NCBI GenBank assembly: GCA_051942205.1
Contig: JAVECO010000166.1
Location: 1-51,365, forward strand
Reading direction: 5' to 3'
DNA: 51,365 nt
DNA from: Coniocarpon cinnabarinum
Taxonomy: Eukaryota
Below the pieces are notes generated by a model. The model saw nothing but the letters and a program-made list of their open reading frames with translations. It had not been told where the DNA came from and did not search any database. How positions within the stretch are numbered: the stretch's first letter is position 1; every line of letters begins with the position of its first letter. The position numbers were made by a program, and so were the translations under genes. Positions 34,683 through 46,865 of the stretch are shown piece after piece.

Positions 34683-35576
34683 TCATTTGAATCCTGTGAA
34701 CGGACTTCCGACCACCTTCCCCTTCCCATCGAATCTCAACCCCTCTGCCCTCAGCATCCTCCGCTTCTTCTTCGCATTCTCACTCTCATCATCCCAAACA
34801 CCACCGAAGCCGCCCAACCGTCCATCACTCGCCAAGCACCGATGACATGGCACTTGCGGCGCGAACGGATTGTTCCTCATCGCGCTGCCCACAGCTCTTG
34901 CCGACGACTTTTTACCGCCTGTGATATTCGGTGACGTTTTGGCAATACCATTAGCGAGTGCTTGATATGTCGTGTAGCGTCCACGTGGCACTTGGGTGAG
35001 AAGGATGAGTGTGCGTCTGCGGAAGGGTGTCAGAGACCTGTGGGAGTTGATTTGGGCGCGGAGGGCGGCTTGGTCGATGATGCCTGCTGGGGTTTCGGTG
35101 GTGTTTTTGCCGTCTTTGTCAGATTCAAGTTCAGCATCAGAGCCTTTACTGTCTTTCTCCTCCCTCGTCTGCTCTTTTGGACGCTCAACATCCTTGTCGC
35201 TCGTCTTCGCCCTCTTTGGCGAGCTGTGAGTATCCTCTTCTTCCTTCCTCTTCACACCTGCCTTCGTCTTTCCTCTTAGCTCCAAACTCCTCTCATCCAG
35301 CTCCATGAGGTTTTTGTCCCCCTTCTGTATCGCCTCGCCCAGTTCAATAGCTGTCTCCAACTGCTCCTCACTCATACTTTTAGTTGCAGGCGCTTTCAAG
35401 ACCTCGTTCCAAGGCCGGTCTTTGCCAATCGCATTGTCCAAGATGATCCGCGCAAAGCAATGATCCAGATATACTGACCACTTTGGCTGTGCAGGATCGC
35501 GAGCTTTGGCGAGGGAGGGCAGAGTCGTTCGGTAGAGGGTGATGTACTGGGAGCGTAGAGATTCTAGGTCGGTCAT
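34683..35576 (-). CDS. O6-alkylguanine-DNA alkyltransferase (MGMT/Ogt-like C-terminal domain) fused to an uncharacterised N-terminal domain
   Basis: C-terminal LTPF....L.QVPRG..TTY..LA, ARAVG.AM..NP.AP.VPCHR (active-site Cys present), LGGF.G, K..ML..EG; N-terminal ~105 aa with LDHCFARIILDN, separated by a charged linker. Confidence 0.85.
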   Translation of the reverse strand: MTDLESLRSQYITLYRTTLPSLAKARDPAQPKWSVYLDHCFARIILDNAIGKDRPWNEVLKAPATKSMSEEQLETAIELGEAIQKGDKNLMELDERSLELRGKTKAGVKRKEEEDTHSSPKRAKTSDKDVERPKEQTREEKDSKGSDAELESDKDGKNTTETPAGIIDQAALRAQINSHRSLTPFRRRTLILLTQVPRGRYTTYQALANGIAKTSPNITGGKKSSARAVGSAMRNNPFAPQVPCHRCLASDGRLGGFGGVWDDESENAKKKRRMLRAEGLRFDGKGKVVGSPFTGFK

Positions 35577-35957
35577 GTTCAGCAGGACAGGAGCGTGTGG
35601 GAAGGTGTCGAGGACGGACGAAGAGGCTTTTGAATTGTCACGCCCTTTTCTGGAGCAAGGAATTGCTTACCCGGGGTCTAGAGAGTATCTAAGCAAATTG
35701 CTGTAGATGTGATCAATGAAGCGCGTTCCAGACGCGACGGGTGCCTGAATGACGTCGCCAGAGCCCCGATAAGATCAGCCCCCAAATTTCCCCAGCTTCC
35801 CCGCCAGAACTCGGGCCGAGCACCCCAGCCTGACCCATGACCCATTGCGAATCTGTTCTCCTTTGGCTCTCGTCTGAACCCAGTTATTCCGCACTGTGTC
35901 TCCGACGCCTTCGAGCCGACTCAAAGGTGCTCAAGGCCACCAAGAGAAGTCTTAGCC

Positions 35958-37406
35958 ATGAATTTCGATCTTCCACCAGAGCTTACGGCCTACATCCAAC
36001 GCCTCGACGCATTCATCGCCGCCGAAATCACCCCACTTCAACATGCGAACGACAATAATCGCTTCTTCGACCATCGCCGCGAGTTTGCGCGGACGCATCC
36101 AGACACTGGACTTCCCCGCAAGGAATGGCATGATCTCCTCGCCGAGGCCGTGAGGAGAGCTGACAAGGTACGACTTCACTCGGGCCTCTTCACGGCTTGC
36201 ACCGCACGTGTCTAAACTTTTGATAGGTACCATGAGCTGATGCACAACGACAAGGCCGGCTTCTACCGCCTCTCCCTACCAAAACAATACGGCGGACAAA
36301 ACCCTCATGGCGACTCTCGCGGTCTCAATCTCTGGATGTCAGTCATCCGAATGCACCTCGCGGCCAAGGGCCTGGGCCTCTTCAACGACCTCCAAACCGA
36401 GCATTCGGTCGTGGGCAACTTTCCCCTGACAGCCATGGCGCGCGACCACGCTCGCAGCCTTGCCAACGCCCTCCCCAGCGATGCCGAAGCATACCAGGGA
36501 AAAGGCCAGCGTGATTGGCTTATTCACGGCTTCCTGGATCACACGATTCGTCCTACATTTGGTCTCACGGAACCAGAGCATGGAAGTGACGCAACGCATA
36601 TGGCCACCACTGCTGTGCCTACGACAAGAGATGGAAAAGAAGGGTACATCATTAATGGCAGCAAGAAATGGCAGTCGGGCATGGACATCGCAACCCACAC
36701 CTTCGTCTTCGCTCGGACATCTCAGTCCTCCGGCTCCTCAACGGGACTTACCTGCTTCCTCGTCCCTGTGAATGTCGCCGGTTTCAAAATCGAATCCTAC
36801 CAATGGACGTTCAACATGCCCACCGACCACGCGACCATAACCCTGACCGATGTCTTCGTCCCTGCATCTGCGATCCTCGGCGTCCTCGACCAAGGCCTCG
36901 CCGTCGCCCGCGCTTTCATCCACGAGAACCGCATCCGCCAAGCTGCTTCCTCCCTCGGCGCGTCTCAGCACTGCATACAACAGTCGATCCACCGCGCCAA
37001 TTCGCGAAAACCCTTCGGGAACCCCCTCGCCGCCAACCAAGCGATTCAATTTCCCCTCGTCGAACTCCACGCCCAGTCCACCGCCCTTCGCCTCCTCATC
37101 TTGCAGACAGCGCTTAAAATGGACTCAATGCCCCATTCTCAGATCGAAGAAGAACTCGGCGCAGATATAAGCGTGTGTAATTACTGGGCGAATCGATTAG
37201 TTTGTCAGGCCGCGGATCAAGCGATGCAGGTGTTTGGCGGCGACGGATATAGTCGGCACGAGGTCTTTGAGCATATCTATAGGCATCACCGACGGTATCG
37301 CATCACGGAAGGGAGTGAGGAGATTCAAATGAGGCGGGTTGCGCTGAGTTTGTTTGGGTTTGACTTGGGGGCCAAGTGGCAGCAGAGGGAGGATGCGAAG
37401 TTGTGA
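35958..37406 (+). CDS. Acyl-CoA dehydrogenase with PTS1 (-AKL); exons 35958-36167, 36255-37406
   Basis: FFDHRRE..RT, FGLTEP.HGSDATHM, ING.KKW, HENRIRQAA, RKPFG, QA.QFPL, AD.AMQ..GG.GY, YRITEGSEEIQ; intron 36168-36254. Confidence 0.93.
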
Positions 37407-38456
37407 GGCGGGTCAGTCTTGTGAGGGCGGAAGCCTACGAAGAGGAGTATGAGAATGCGAGATTGTGAATGGTTCTTCGAGGGTATTGTGGCTACGAGGG
37501 CGGAAGACGGTGAAGGGAAGACGTGGAGGGAACTGTGGAAGATGCATGGCTTGGATGGGAACGTGGCATGGTGCAGGTTCTGCGTTTGGTTTGGTTCCAG
37601 GGATCGTTGATGTAGGGAATAGCGCAGGAGTTGGGAATGGACGTTGATGTCCATGCTTGAAACATGATCTATTGCATTTGAGCACACGCAGCAGTTCTGC
37701 TAGTCGCACAATACGTCAGGAGGTATGGGTCATTGACAGTTCGGCCATTGAACTTACCTGCTGATATCACGCCGCTGATTCAATCCGTTTTGCGTCGCTC
37801 AAAATTCGCCGCCTTATGCATACAAGAGTCTGAGACGAACAGGGTGACGACGCATGCAAAATAAGTTCTGAGATGGCTTCACGGCTCATACCATCTCACA
37901 GACGACAGCAGAACGAAAGGCAGCAAGGATCATCATACTCAAGTACATTCAAAGGAGCTCTAGTATACAACAAACGCAGCAAAGCCATAGCCCTAGCCTC
38001 TCGGAGTCTGAGTCTGATCTGAGTGTGAGTGTGAATGAGGCTAAGGCATCCAGGTATCATGGTGTAGGCAATCTATCTGTGACGTTGACGTTCAGTCATC
38101 CGGGTCATCATCCCACGCGACCGTACCTCGTCCTCGGTCCTTGGACCGTTCTGTTTTCCATTCTGATATACTTTTGTTTTTTCTTTTCTTTTATTCGTTT
38201 TCTGGCCGTCATAATGGGAACTCGGTAATGGGGAAAAAGCCCTTGCAGGCTGTGTCTGGATAACATTTGGAATGATCGGATGTGCAGTCGGAAGCTGCAC
38301 TCAACGTGTGTGTTTGGTGTTTGGTGTTCGTTGCTGTTGCGTGGCCGACAGTAGGGTTGCTCATTCGTCGAAGATGCAGTCATTGCAATGGCTGTACTGC
38401 CAATGAAACGTCGACATTTGTCTGTCTCCGAAAAGAGCAAGCTCAAGCATATCCGT

Positions 38457-40461
38457 CTATCCACGCAAATTTCCATAAGGGTTTGCCTCCATCGGGGGCG
38501 TGCTCCACAGGTCATCCGAAGCTTCATGCGGGTGCTGCGGGTTGATCGAGCTCATCCAGATGCGCATCTTGTAGATCTTGTAGATGTTGTTGACCAGCTC
38601 CTTGAAGCGGACGTACTCGGAGCTGATGTAGTAGATGGTCAATTTCTGGTGATCAATCTGAAACTCGGTATCGAGGATCTCAAGCGGGAATCCCATGTCC
38701 TCAGCCTTCTGGGCGGCAATGCGCTTGGCTTTGGTCTCGTCATGCTCCTTGCGCTGGAGATCGAGCAGATAGTGGCCTTCGGCGCGACGCATGATCCAGC
38801 CAGGCTGTGGCGAAGCCTTGTAGTTGCTCTGAAGAGGACTGAGCGCTTTGGCTTGGCCGACGTAGGTGCGTGCAAAGTTGAGGAGATTGTTGAGTTGGTC
38901 AGAATTGAGGCTGCGCGCGAGGCGCTCGGCTTCGAGGAGAGTGGTGCAAATGTGCCAGACTTGACCGACGTTCTCGCCACGGTCTGCTTGAACAACGACC
39001 ATCTCGCCCAGCTTGAGTGGATTGGCGAAATCCATCGACTGCGGTTGAAGAAAGACTTCAGCACGATGGTGCTTGAAGCAGACAACCACATACTGGGAGA
39101 CTTGTGGTGGAGGAGGATCTGGCTGTGTCAATAACTGCACTCAGTCGTCATGTGGGGTGTTTTCGACTCACTATAGAAAGCCTGCTGGACATCCATAGGG
39201 TAGTTCGCAACCTGATTATCAACTTCATCACCGTTGAAGAATGGAAAGGTGCTGTGCGGTTTAGTCTGCCGAACAATGTCGCGCATCTTCATCATTTCAT
39301 AGATTTGGGGGCTGATGTTAAGTGCGCGAGCGACCTCAGCGGTTGCAGGCGTGTCCATGTGCAGCAGCTTCTGGTAATAAAGCCGCTCTTGGGTACGTAC
39401 ATCTGCTTTCTCGTAAGCAGCTCGCAGGCTTGCGGGCATCTGCATCGGTTTGAACTCCTCCATGGGAGGAACTGCAGATCTAAGGGAAAGAGCTCGCTCT
39501 GCTAGCCGAGCCATGTCACCGTCACTCTCACAATCAGGAGATCCCGGACTGCCAGGAGCTTCCTTTCTCTGCTGCTCACGCATGGTGCGGAGGACTGGGT
39601 CGCGTGGCTCCTCTTTCGCCGGTCGGCGAGAATTCGTTGGCGGGTCCCAGACTTCGAGGGGTGCAGTCAAGCCTGAAGTTCCGCTTGCGTCTCTCGAGTG
39701 TTGAGAGTCACGCATGCTCTGCTGGCCCGAATGAGCAGCGGATATGCCAGGAATTTGGCGTGCAAAGAGGTCCTCAAAGTCTTGATCCTCGGGGATGTTA
39801 GCTGGCATGGTGTTTGTACGTTTGGGCACAAACTCTGCTGGGGACCGTGTCAGTCGAAGAGAAGAGCGTGCTGCCTCGCGAGGGTCGTGAGGATTCCCTG
39901 AAGTCGACATTGAGAGGTGTCGAAGGCGTGAAGCGTTGGGAAAGGTGTTGGGTCGAATAGCGTCCGAGGCAGGTGTGGAGCTTGATCGACTTTTTGCTCC
40001 TTTGCCATTCAGTGAGTTCCAATCGTAAGGTTTCGGCGGTCGTTTGAGGAATTGGGGAGATGTGCTCTTCGGAAGCTCGTAGGGTCTAGGTGAACCTGTA
40101 GGATCGCGTAAGCTCTGTGTCAAGCTGTTTACGTGACGAGCGCGGGTAATGTACCAGACACTTCAACGGGGCTTCGTGGCTTGGGCTCTCCAACTTCGTC
40201 CTGCCAAGAAGGTGGACGATTCGATGCTAAAGTTGGAGAGTGACGCGGCACTCTGTAGATAGCATTTGTACTCTGAGAGCGACAAAGTTAGCCCCTTGTT
40301 TAGACGACTGCAAACGCGTAGGACCGTGCAGGCAAGCGGTAGTTTTCCACACGTGAAACCTGCAAAGGATAATTGAAAGTTGCCGGGGTGTTCGTGAATA
40401 GCACAAGTGAATCACCCACCTGTCTCCTCTCAGAACCGATAGCAGGCAGTTTTGAGGACAT
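38457..40461 (-). CDS. PSP1 C-terminal domain (RicT/YaaT family) protein; predicted exons 40420-40461, 40155-40272, 39172-40095, 38457-39118
   Basis: YVV.FK..RA.VF, G..V.V.ADRG...G.V, I.R.A, E..AKR, EILD.EFQ.D..KLT.YY, V.F..LV..IYK.YK.RIWMS; introns are phase-compatible; 5' exons less certain. Confidence 0.82.
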
Positions 40462-43400
40462 GTCCGACTGCCCTTCGATGTGTCTGGAGGGGAAAGACTG
40501 TCAGCACTGAGCGCACGTCAGGCGAGCTTGCACTTCTTAGGCAATGTATCTGTGGCAACGTGCACGCAAGTTTTACGGGATCCACATCAAATATATCTCA
40601 CGCAGACACGTGCGAGCCCTGAGTACGCCGTATTCAATGATCATCACCATCGAACCGTCCCAAGTCGCTCGACAACGCTCTTTGTAAAGGCTCGTGATGA
40701 CACGAGTCTCTGCGTTAGAAGATGCCAAACAAGACACACCCGCCTTTTTTTCATCTGCTCCGAATACACAACGCCAAACAGAGACAATCCCAACTTCCAT
40801 CAATGAGCAACAACTGCGTCCACAAGCCCTCGCCTTGGCAAAAGATGAAAAGAAGAACTCAGGCTGAACGTTGCGATTGAGGCAACAGCGTCTTGGCCTG
40901 CTCTTTGTCTTTCCTCGAGAACTGTCTCGCCTCGCCTGCTGGGTCCCAACGATGTCGCACGAGTCAAGAGTTGTTTGGGCCTCTCTTGCATACAGAACAC
41001 ACAATTGGTCACGACGAGCAAGCAGCAGCAGGCACACGATGGATTTGCAGGCAGCACAAGTGAAGAAAGAAACATTGACTTACCCGTGAGACTGCTGCCA
41101 GGGCGAAATCTGCCACTGCGCCATAGTGCTCCCATTCCACGCTCCGTATGCCATGCTCGTCTGAAGCATTTGTCTCTTGCTTCGCGCAGACGGTATGTGA
41201 TACCTGTCTATTGGCGGCACAGCAGCCACTTGGTATGCTTTTGAACTAAAGTCAAAAGTCAGAACACCCAATCGCGTCATACCAATGTGCAGCTGATGGG
41301 CTTACCGTGATTCGAATGTGGGTGACGCGCCTGCTAGAGACCGCGAATTGATGCAACAAAGCTTTCTCGAGTCTGCAGTTAAGCTGTCGAGTTCGCTCAA
41401 TCTTCTTGACGACGTTGCCGGACTATGCGCAAGCTAGTCTCGAAGCATTGAAAATTCTGATTAAGCTGATTATGTTGTTAATAGCGCTGTCAACAAGCAT
41501 CGACAGACCAAATGGTTATTATCACGGTAGACCAGACGCCAGCCAGTTCCTCTATACACCTCTATACCTCTGTGTGGCAGACTGAAAAGAAGCTTTGAAG
41601 AAAAACCATTGACTAGAGGATGGCGTCTCCGCAGCGTCCAAGTGGACCAAGCTGCACCGTATTCGCAGCCCTGTAAGCTTGACGTCCATAGTGTGGGGAA
41701 AGGGGCGCCATCCGATATGTTGGAGGCTGCCAATGGCTCGGAATTGTCAAATCAACGACGAGCAGCAAAGTGACCTAAAGGCGGGGCCAGATTGGCCTCC
41801 TGACCAGAATGATCGACAAGTCAAAGAGGGTCTTAATGCTGGCCAGTCATGGGCGCTTTGGGCAAAGTCTCGAAGAGACGGTGGTAGTGAGCTGCGAGCG
41901 ATGCGCCCGCCATGCTCGCGACACTCGTCTCTCTCTCACACTTGCACGTCGCCCAGCGGCGAGACTGTGTCGTGTGCTTGACATGGTTGACCCCGAACAT
42001 GATCGGACATGCAGGCTGAGCGCACGACGCGATGACAAGGCGGGAAGTTGCCGACCCTCCAGCCACCACGCCGGGGCCTCTCCTAGCCTCTCGGACTATG
42101 CACCCACACATCGACACCGCGCCAGATGGGATCGAGGAGCCGGCGAGAGCAGCTCCGCGCAGGGTGCGACCGCATGGACAGCGCGCCGACGCCATCCAGA
42201 GGCGCACAGAAGGACCGGAGAGAACGAGGTCTCAGATGGGACGACAGGTGGGTGTTGACACCCGTTTGACATCGGAATCGGGCGAAGGAGCCAACGCCTT
42301 CCGCTTCCAATGGCGCGGGCAATGCGGGGAATCTTCTTTGGGTCTGGTCGTCCAGTGCCATCCACGGCACCCTCTGTCCTGCACCCTTGTCGGGGTAGCC
42401 TCGATCGTCTGTTGACTCGTCCTTCTTCACAGCTATCCTTGAACACTGGCGACACTTGCACATGCTCACTGTCACGGATGAGGTCGCATTGTGACGGTCG
42501 CGCACACGGACGTCAGCACTCGATCCCGGCGCTCCGTAACACTCACTGGGTACTTGCCGCATTTCGACGGTCTCCACTGAAAAGTCTTTGCCAAGAGGGG
42601 TCAAGCCACTGATTGTGCGCAAACGGCGGAGCCATGGAGCTATCGAGCCTAGGTGCAAGCTCTGACCTGATCGTCGACGTCTCTTCTCTTTCTGAGTAGT
42701 GTCTCGTCTGCTTTGACCATGGCTGGTGGTGAGGAATGGCTGTGTTTGAAGCGTTCGCAGTACACTGCATGTGAACGACCGAGGAGTTTCATGCTTGCTG
42801 TTCATTATACGGACAGCTTGCGTGAAGGTAGTGCGGTTCAGATGGATCCTTTCATGGTCGTGGCTCTCGTCATTCCACGGCATCAATTGTGCCCCTGCAT
42901 TGTTCAGGCTCGCAGAATTTCACCTGGAATCTCGAAGCTGCTGTAGTTTATGGCGTGAACATCGGGTCCTTGCAGAGCGAAGAGCATGAATTGTGCTCTC
43001 GTGGAGCATGTCATGCAGGTGTGACGACAGAGAGAGATGGGCTGCACGAGCCTTTCCTAGCTTTCGCTCTTGAGGTGGAAGAGCCTCGGGAGAGCCTTTC
43101 CACACCTGAGATGCACACAGCACGCTCTCGTAAATCAAAAGGTGCTGAAAGGTTGAAGGGAATGGCCGAATTAGAAGTTACAGGCAATGAAGGATCTCGG
43201 CAGAGGCAACGACTTGGGAGGATTTAACAACACCGCATGGACACGTGCATACTAGGCAGAGACAGCGGTGAGGCCCCCCTTTCTATCTCCGATCGACTAC
43301 TTAACGCATTGGTTTGAACGCGCCTACTGTACACATGTTCCCGGATTGATTCAATCAGAACGGCGAGACAGCTCCCCAACTTACCTACATCAAGTAGCAA

Positions 43401-45373
43401 CGCATTGCAGATGTATGTGCTCATCACTGTTCATGTCATAGCCGGTTTACGACCGCAGTAGTACGCATGACCTTCTGACAGCTTTTGCGGTTAGAGAAAA
43501 GCTGGACCTTCATTCGCGGCGACGCTCTATTCCTTGTCTATCTTGCACTAGGTACCAACAAGCCGTTAACGTTGTTGAAAACCACAGCTCGTGCCAATGC
43601 ACCGACACACAACTGTCTCTCGGTTCAACCGTCCGCCGCTTGTGGCCAATCCACCAGTATCTGCAGGCAGGATACCTGCGAGCTTCATCGTCCTCGTTGA
43701 ACAGTTGCTCCGTTACACGCAGAAGCTGACACCCGGGGAATATCCAACTCAGTCGGCTTCCGCTTGCATCTCACTCGAATCTCAAAGAGGATCGGGTCGA
43801 ACTTGCCCCCGTTGGTCAGTAATATGCATAGCACAAGCGCATTTCTCCGGCTCATTCAGTCCTCGTGATACACCATGTTATAGCGCCCACACGATTGCCC
43901 TTTCATCATGTAGCTGGCTCCCTTGAACTTGTGAACAGCACATCACCTGATGATGTGGAAACGAACGACCAGCGCCTTCTAGGCTCTATACGTTGTCTGC
44001 CGTTCAATGCTGAAAATGGCAGTGGTCCGAGGAGACTCCCATTTCCGAAATAGTTTAGAGAATATTGGATCGGGGGTTACCTGTCAGACTTCTTAAGAGC
44101 CGTTACCTATACAGTGGATATCAACTAATAGTCTGGCTAATAGCTTCTTGATAGTACTTACTGTTAAGCGTAGTAGAACACCAAGAATACAGTGCTATAG
44201 CTGTCTAGCATTCCCGGCTACAGAAAGACAATCCTTAGTTCTACTATTATTGAAGATCTTTAAGCTAAAGTAAACACATGTATCAATGACAAAACTCTCT
44301 TCTTCTTTTTTGACTTCAACAACACCTGAAAGCAATCACTGGATCATACAAACCCACGGCCGATTGACAGAAGTCGCGGCCGTGTGCCCTAGTGTAAATT
44401 TTGACTGACACCCATAATGCATGGTCAGACCAGAGCAGTTTGAATAGCGCAGCCGCAACTTCGCACACGCGCCAACGCACTCCGCGACGAAGAATGCAAG
44501 GTTCGGGAATACTATGTGCCTGGATCAAGTGAAGTGAGGACGCTGTGCAATGAATCAAAGTCGGAACAAGTGGCCATGAATTCTAAGGCGACCCCTCGTC
44601 GTACCTGAATAGATAATCAGCTTGTTGAATAGGCACCTCATCCGAGCAGCACGCTCACAAAGATGTTGAAACCCGTCCTTATTCTTTTCAATAGAGCGTC
44701 TAGCATCTTTGCATCGCCTCCATATGTGACCGGATGCGCTCTTTGATCCGCCGTCTCGACTGTCCGCGTATACTATAGGCACCATCTTTCTGCTTAATAG
44801 GATTAATGTTGCATTAGTCGCCTCATGCGACCAAGCAAGCACGCAAGTCGCGCACAGAGCAGCCGGACAAGGACGATTCAGGATGTTTACCATAAAGCGT
44901 AACGACAGGACTCGCTGACTCCTAACTCACCTATTTGTCTAGCTAACGCAAGCAAGGCTATCATTTTAGGGCCAGGCCTTGCTTGAGGTAGGAACGTCTG
45001 CGCAACACGGTATGGGTCTTATGCTCCCACTCATCGATCCGTTGGCCTGCTTGTTAATCGCATACTCACTTAAGACATATCTAGTCAAGTCATGAGATGT
45101 CATTCTGACTGCGATATACTGGCGTTCTACACATACTACCAGCAGGAAGTATACGAAAGCATTGCAATGGCCCAATATGACTGCATCACGGGCTTGTAGA
45201 TGGATTGCAACCAGCATTTGCTGGTGTAGCAAGCCATGTGCAGTAAAGTAAGTTATAACTTCTCCTCGGATGCAACGAGCGCAGAGTGTTGCGTTTGCGA
45301 TGTAATTGGTTACATTGCGTACAACTTTTCTCTACACCTGGTGCTCCACATGTAGCACTGCACTTATCAGATC

Positions 45374-45805
45374 TCATTTAACATCCAACTCAATGTGTTT
45401 ATGGAGACCTGCGTGCCAGTCGGGGCTGTTCTTCTTATGATGCAGGTAATACACGCTGGCCTTTTTATCAGACCCTAGCGTAGCTTTACCCCTGGTAGAT
45501 ATTGTTGTCAGACAACGCGGTCACTGTTGTTATTTCCCAGTGCACAGAACTCACCGGATCAAAGCACAAGTCATATGACCGCCAGAATCATCGTGGTAGT
45601 CGTCTTTGCTGGGAGCTTCTTCCCGTATCTTCTCGATCCAGTCCTTCTTGTTGCTTTCGATTTGGGCTGCGCTGAGCCAAGACTCGTTGCCACTGTGTAT
45701 GTATACCGGGAGCTCGCCGTCGCTGTCGTCAGAGATTTGGTGCATATCAGCATCTATAAACTTCGTGGACCAGGGATGTTCGAACCATTTGATGATTTCG
45801 GACAT
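45374..45805 (-). CDS. Small orphan protein, 122 aa; exons 45555-45805, 45374-45491
   Basis: TATAAA at ~45921-45926 on minus strand, ATG 45805, GTGAGT..CTGAC..CAG intron 45492-45554 removes the stop and extends the frame to TGA at 45374. Confidence 0.62.
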
Positions 45806-46865
45806 AGCGTTACAAGATAGAAGGTTGATGAACGTGTAAAGACCAGTATGCAATAGCGAGAACGGAATTTGATGAAGAGGGAGTGAGAAATCTTGCGGTT
45901 CGAAGACAGTGCAGGGGGGATTTATACAAGTTGTGGATTCCACAGCATCAGCCACCTTGTCCGCATGGCAATAAGGAGTCTATGCCATACACGGAGGCAG
46001 CGACGGCTGCAGCCAGCTGTCTGTACCAAAGGCACGCGCGCACACAATGCATCCATCTGCATCATGACTTATGGGATGATTGCGGCCGGTCAGGTCTACA
46101 TCGAGTTAAGCGCTGTCTCTACTTTGGCCAACTGTCTGTCAGAAAGGCCACAACACTGCTGCTAAGGCAGAATGAGCGGCCGTGGATTGTGCAATGACTC
46201 CTTGATGACGGCCAGGTGTCCCTGGAAGGATTCAGGATTCCTGGCGTGAAACAAGTTACCTAGGAACGATGCCAAGACGCGCAACCCTACAGAGTACCTA
46301 GGACTGTGTATTAGTCATCTTCTACGAAGGTGAGAGCAAAGAAAAGCTACCTAGCTTTGTGAGGCTAGCGTTGCGGCTGCCGTGTACCTGTACCTACTAC
46401 ATGTAGGCTGTTTTCTCCTGCTGGGTCTCTTCGTGGCAGCGCGGATTCGCACCAACGCAAAGAAAATAGCCGTAGAGCCCTGCGTTGGGTGCGCTGCGTC
46501 CACCAACTTCTATGAAACAGCCGGAGGCTTCCGAATAGCAAATATCATAATGCTGCGCGCTAGCGGTAGACTTCCTAGCGAGCGGTTTCTTTCATCTACC
46601 GCGTGGTCGGCAACGTCATCTGGATCGCGATCCTGGTCTTGTCGTCAGCGTCTTCTTGGCCCATTGCGTCCCAACTCGGGCTAGCTTCCAAGTACCTGTC
46701 CAACCTTAGGTCTTAGGTGATCCACTGCGGCCCTCTCTTAGCACGGCGCATCCCTGTCATGTTCCAACCCTTTTCATCCTCTGCCACAAAGAGCTTGTGT
46801 GCCCAGTAGTCACTCCCGTCGCAAGCTTGACCTGCCCAGCCCGCTCCTCTTGAAGCCTGGCAACA

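Noticed and set aside
39119..39171. Apparent frameshift or two genes in the PSP1 locus
   Set aside because: Explained by a canonical GTGAGT..TTGAC..CAG intron
41809..42886. GC-rich patch with overlapping ORFs up to 267 aa
   Set aside because: No motif and no complete gene model could be built; cannot be supported as coding
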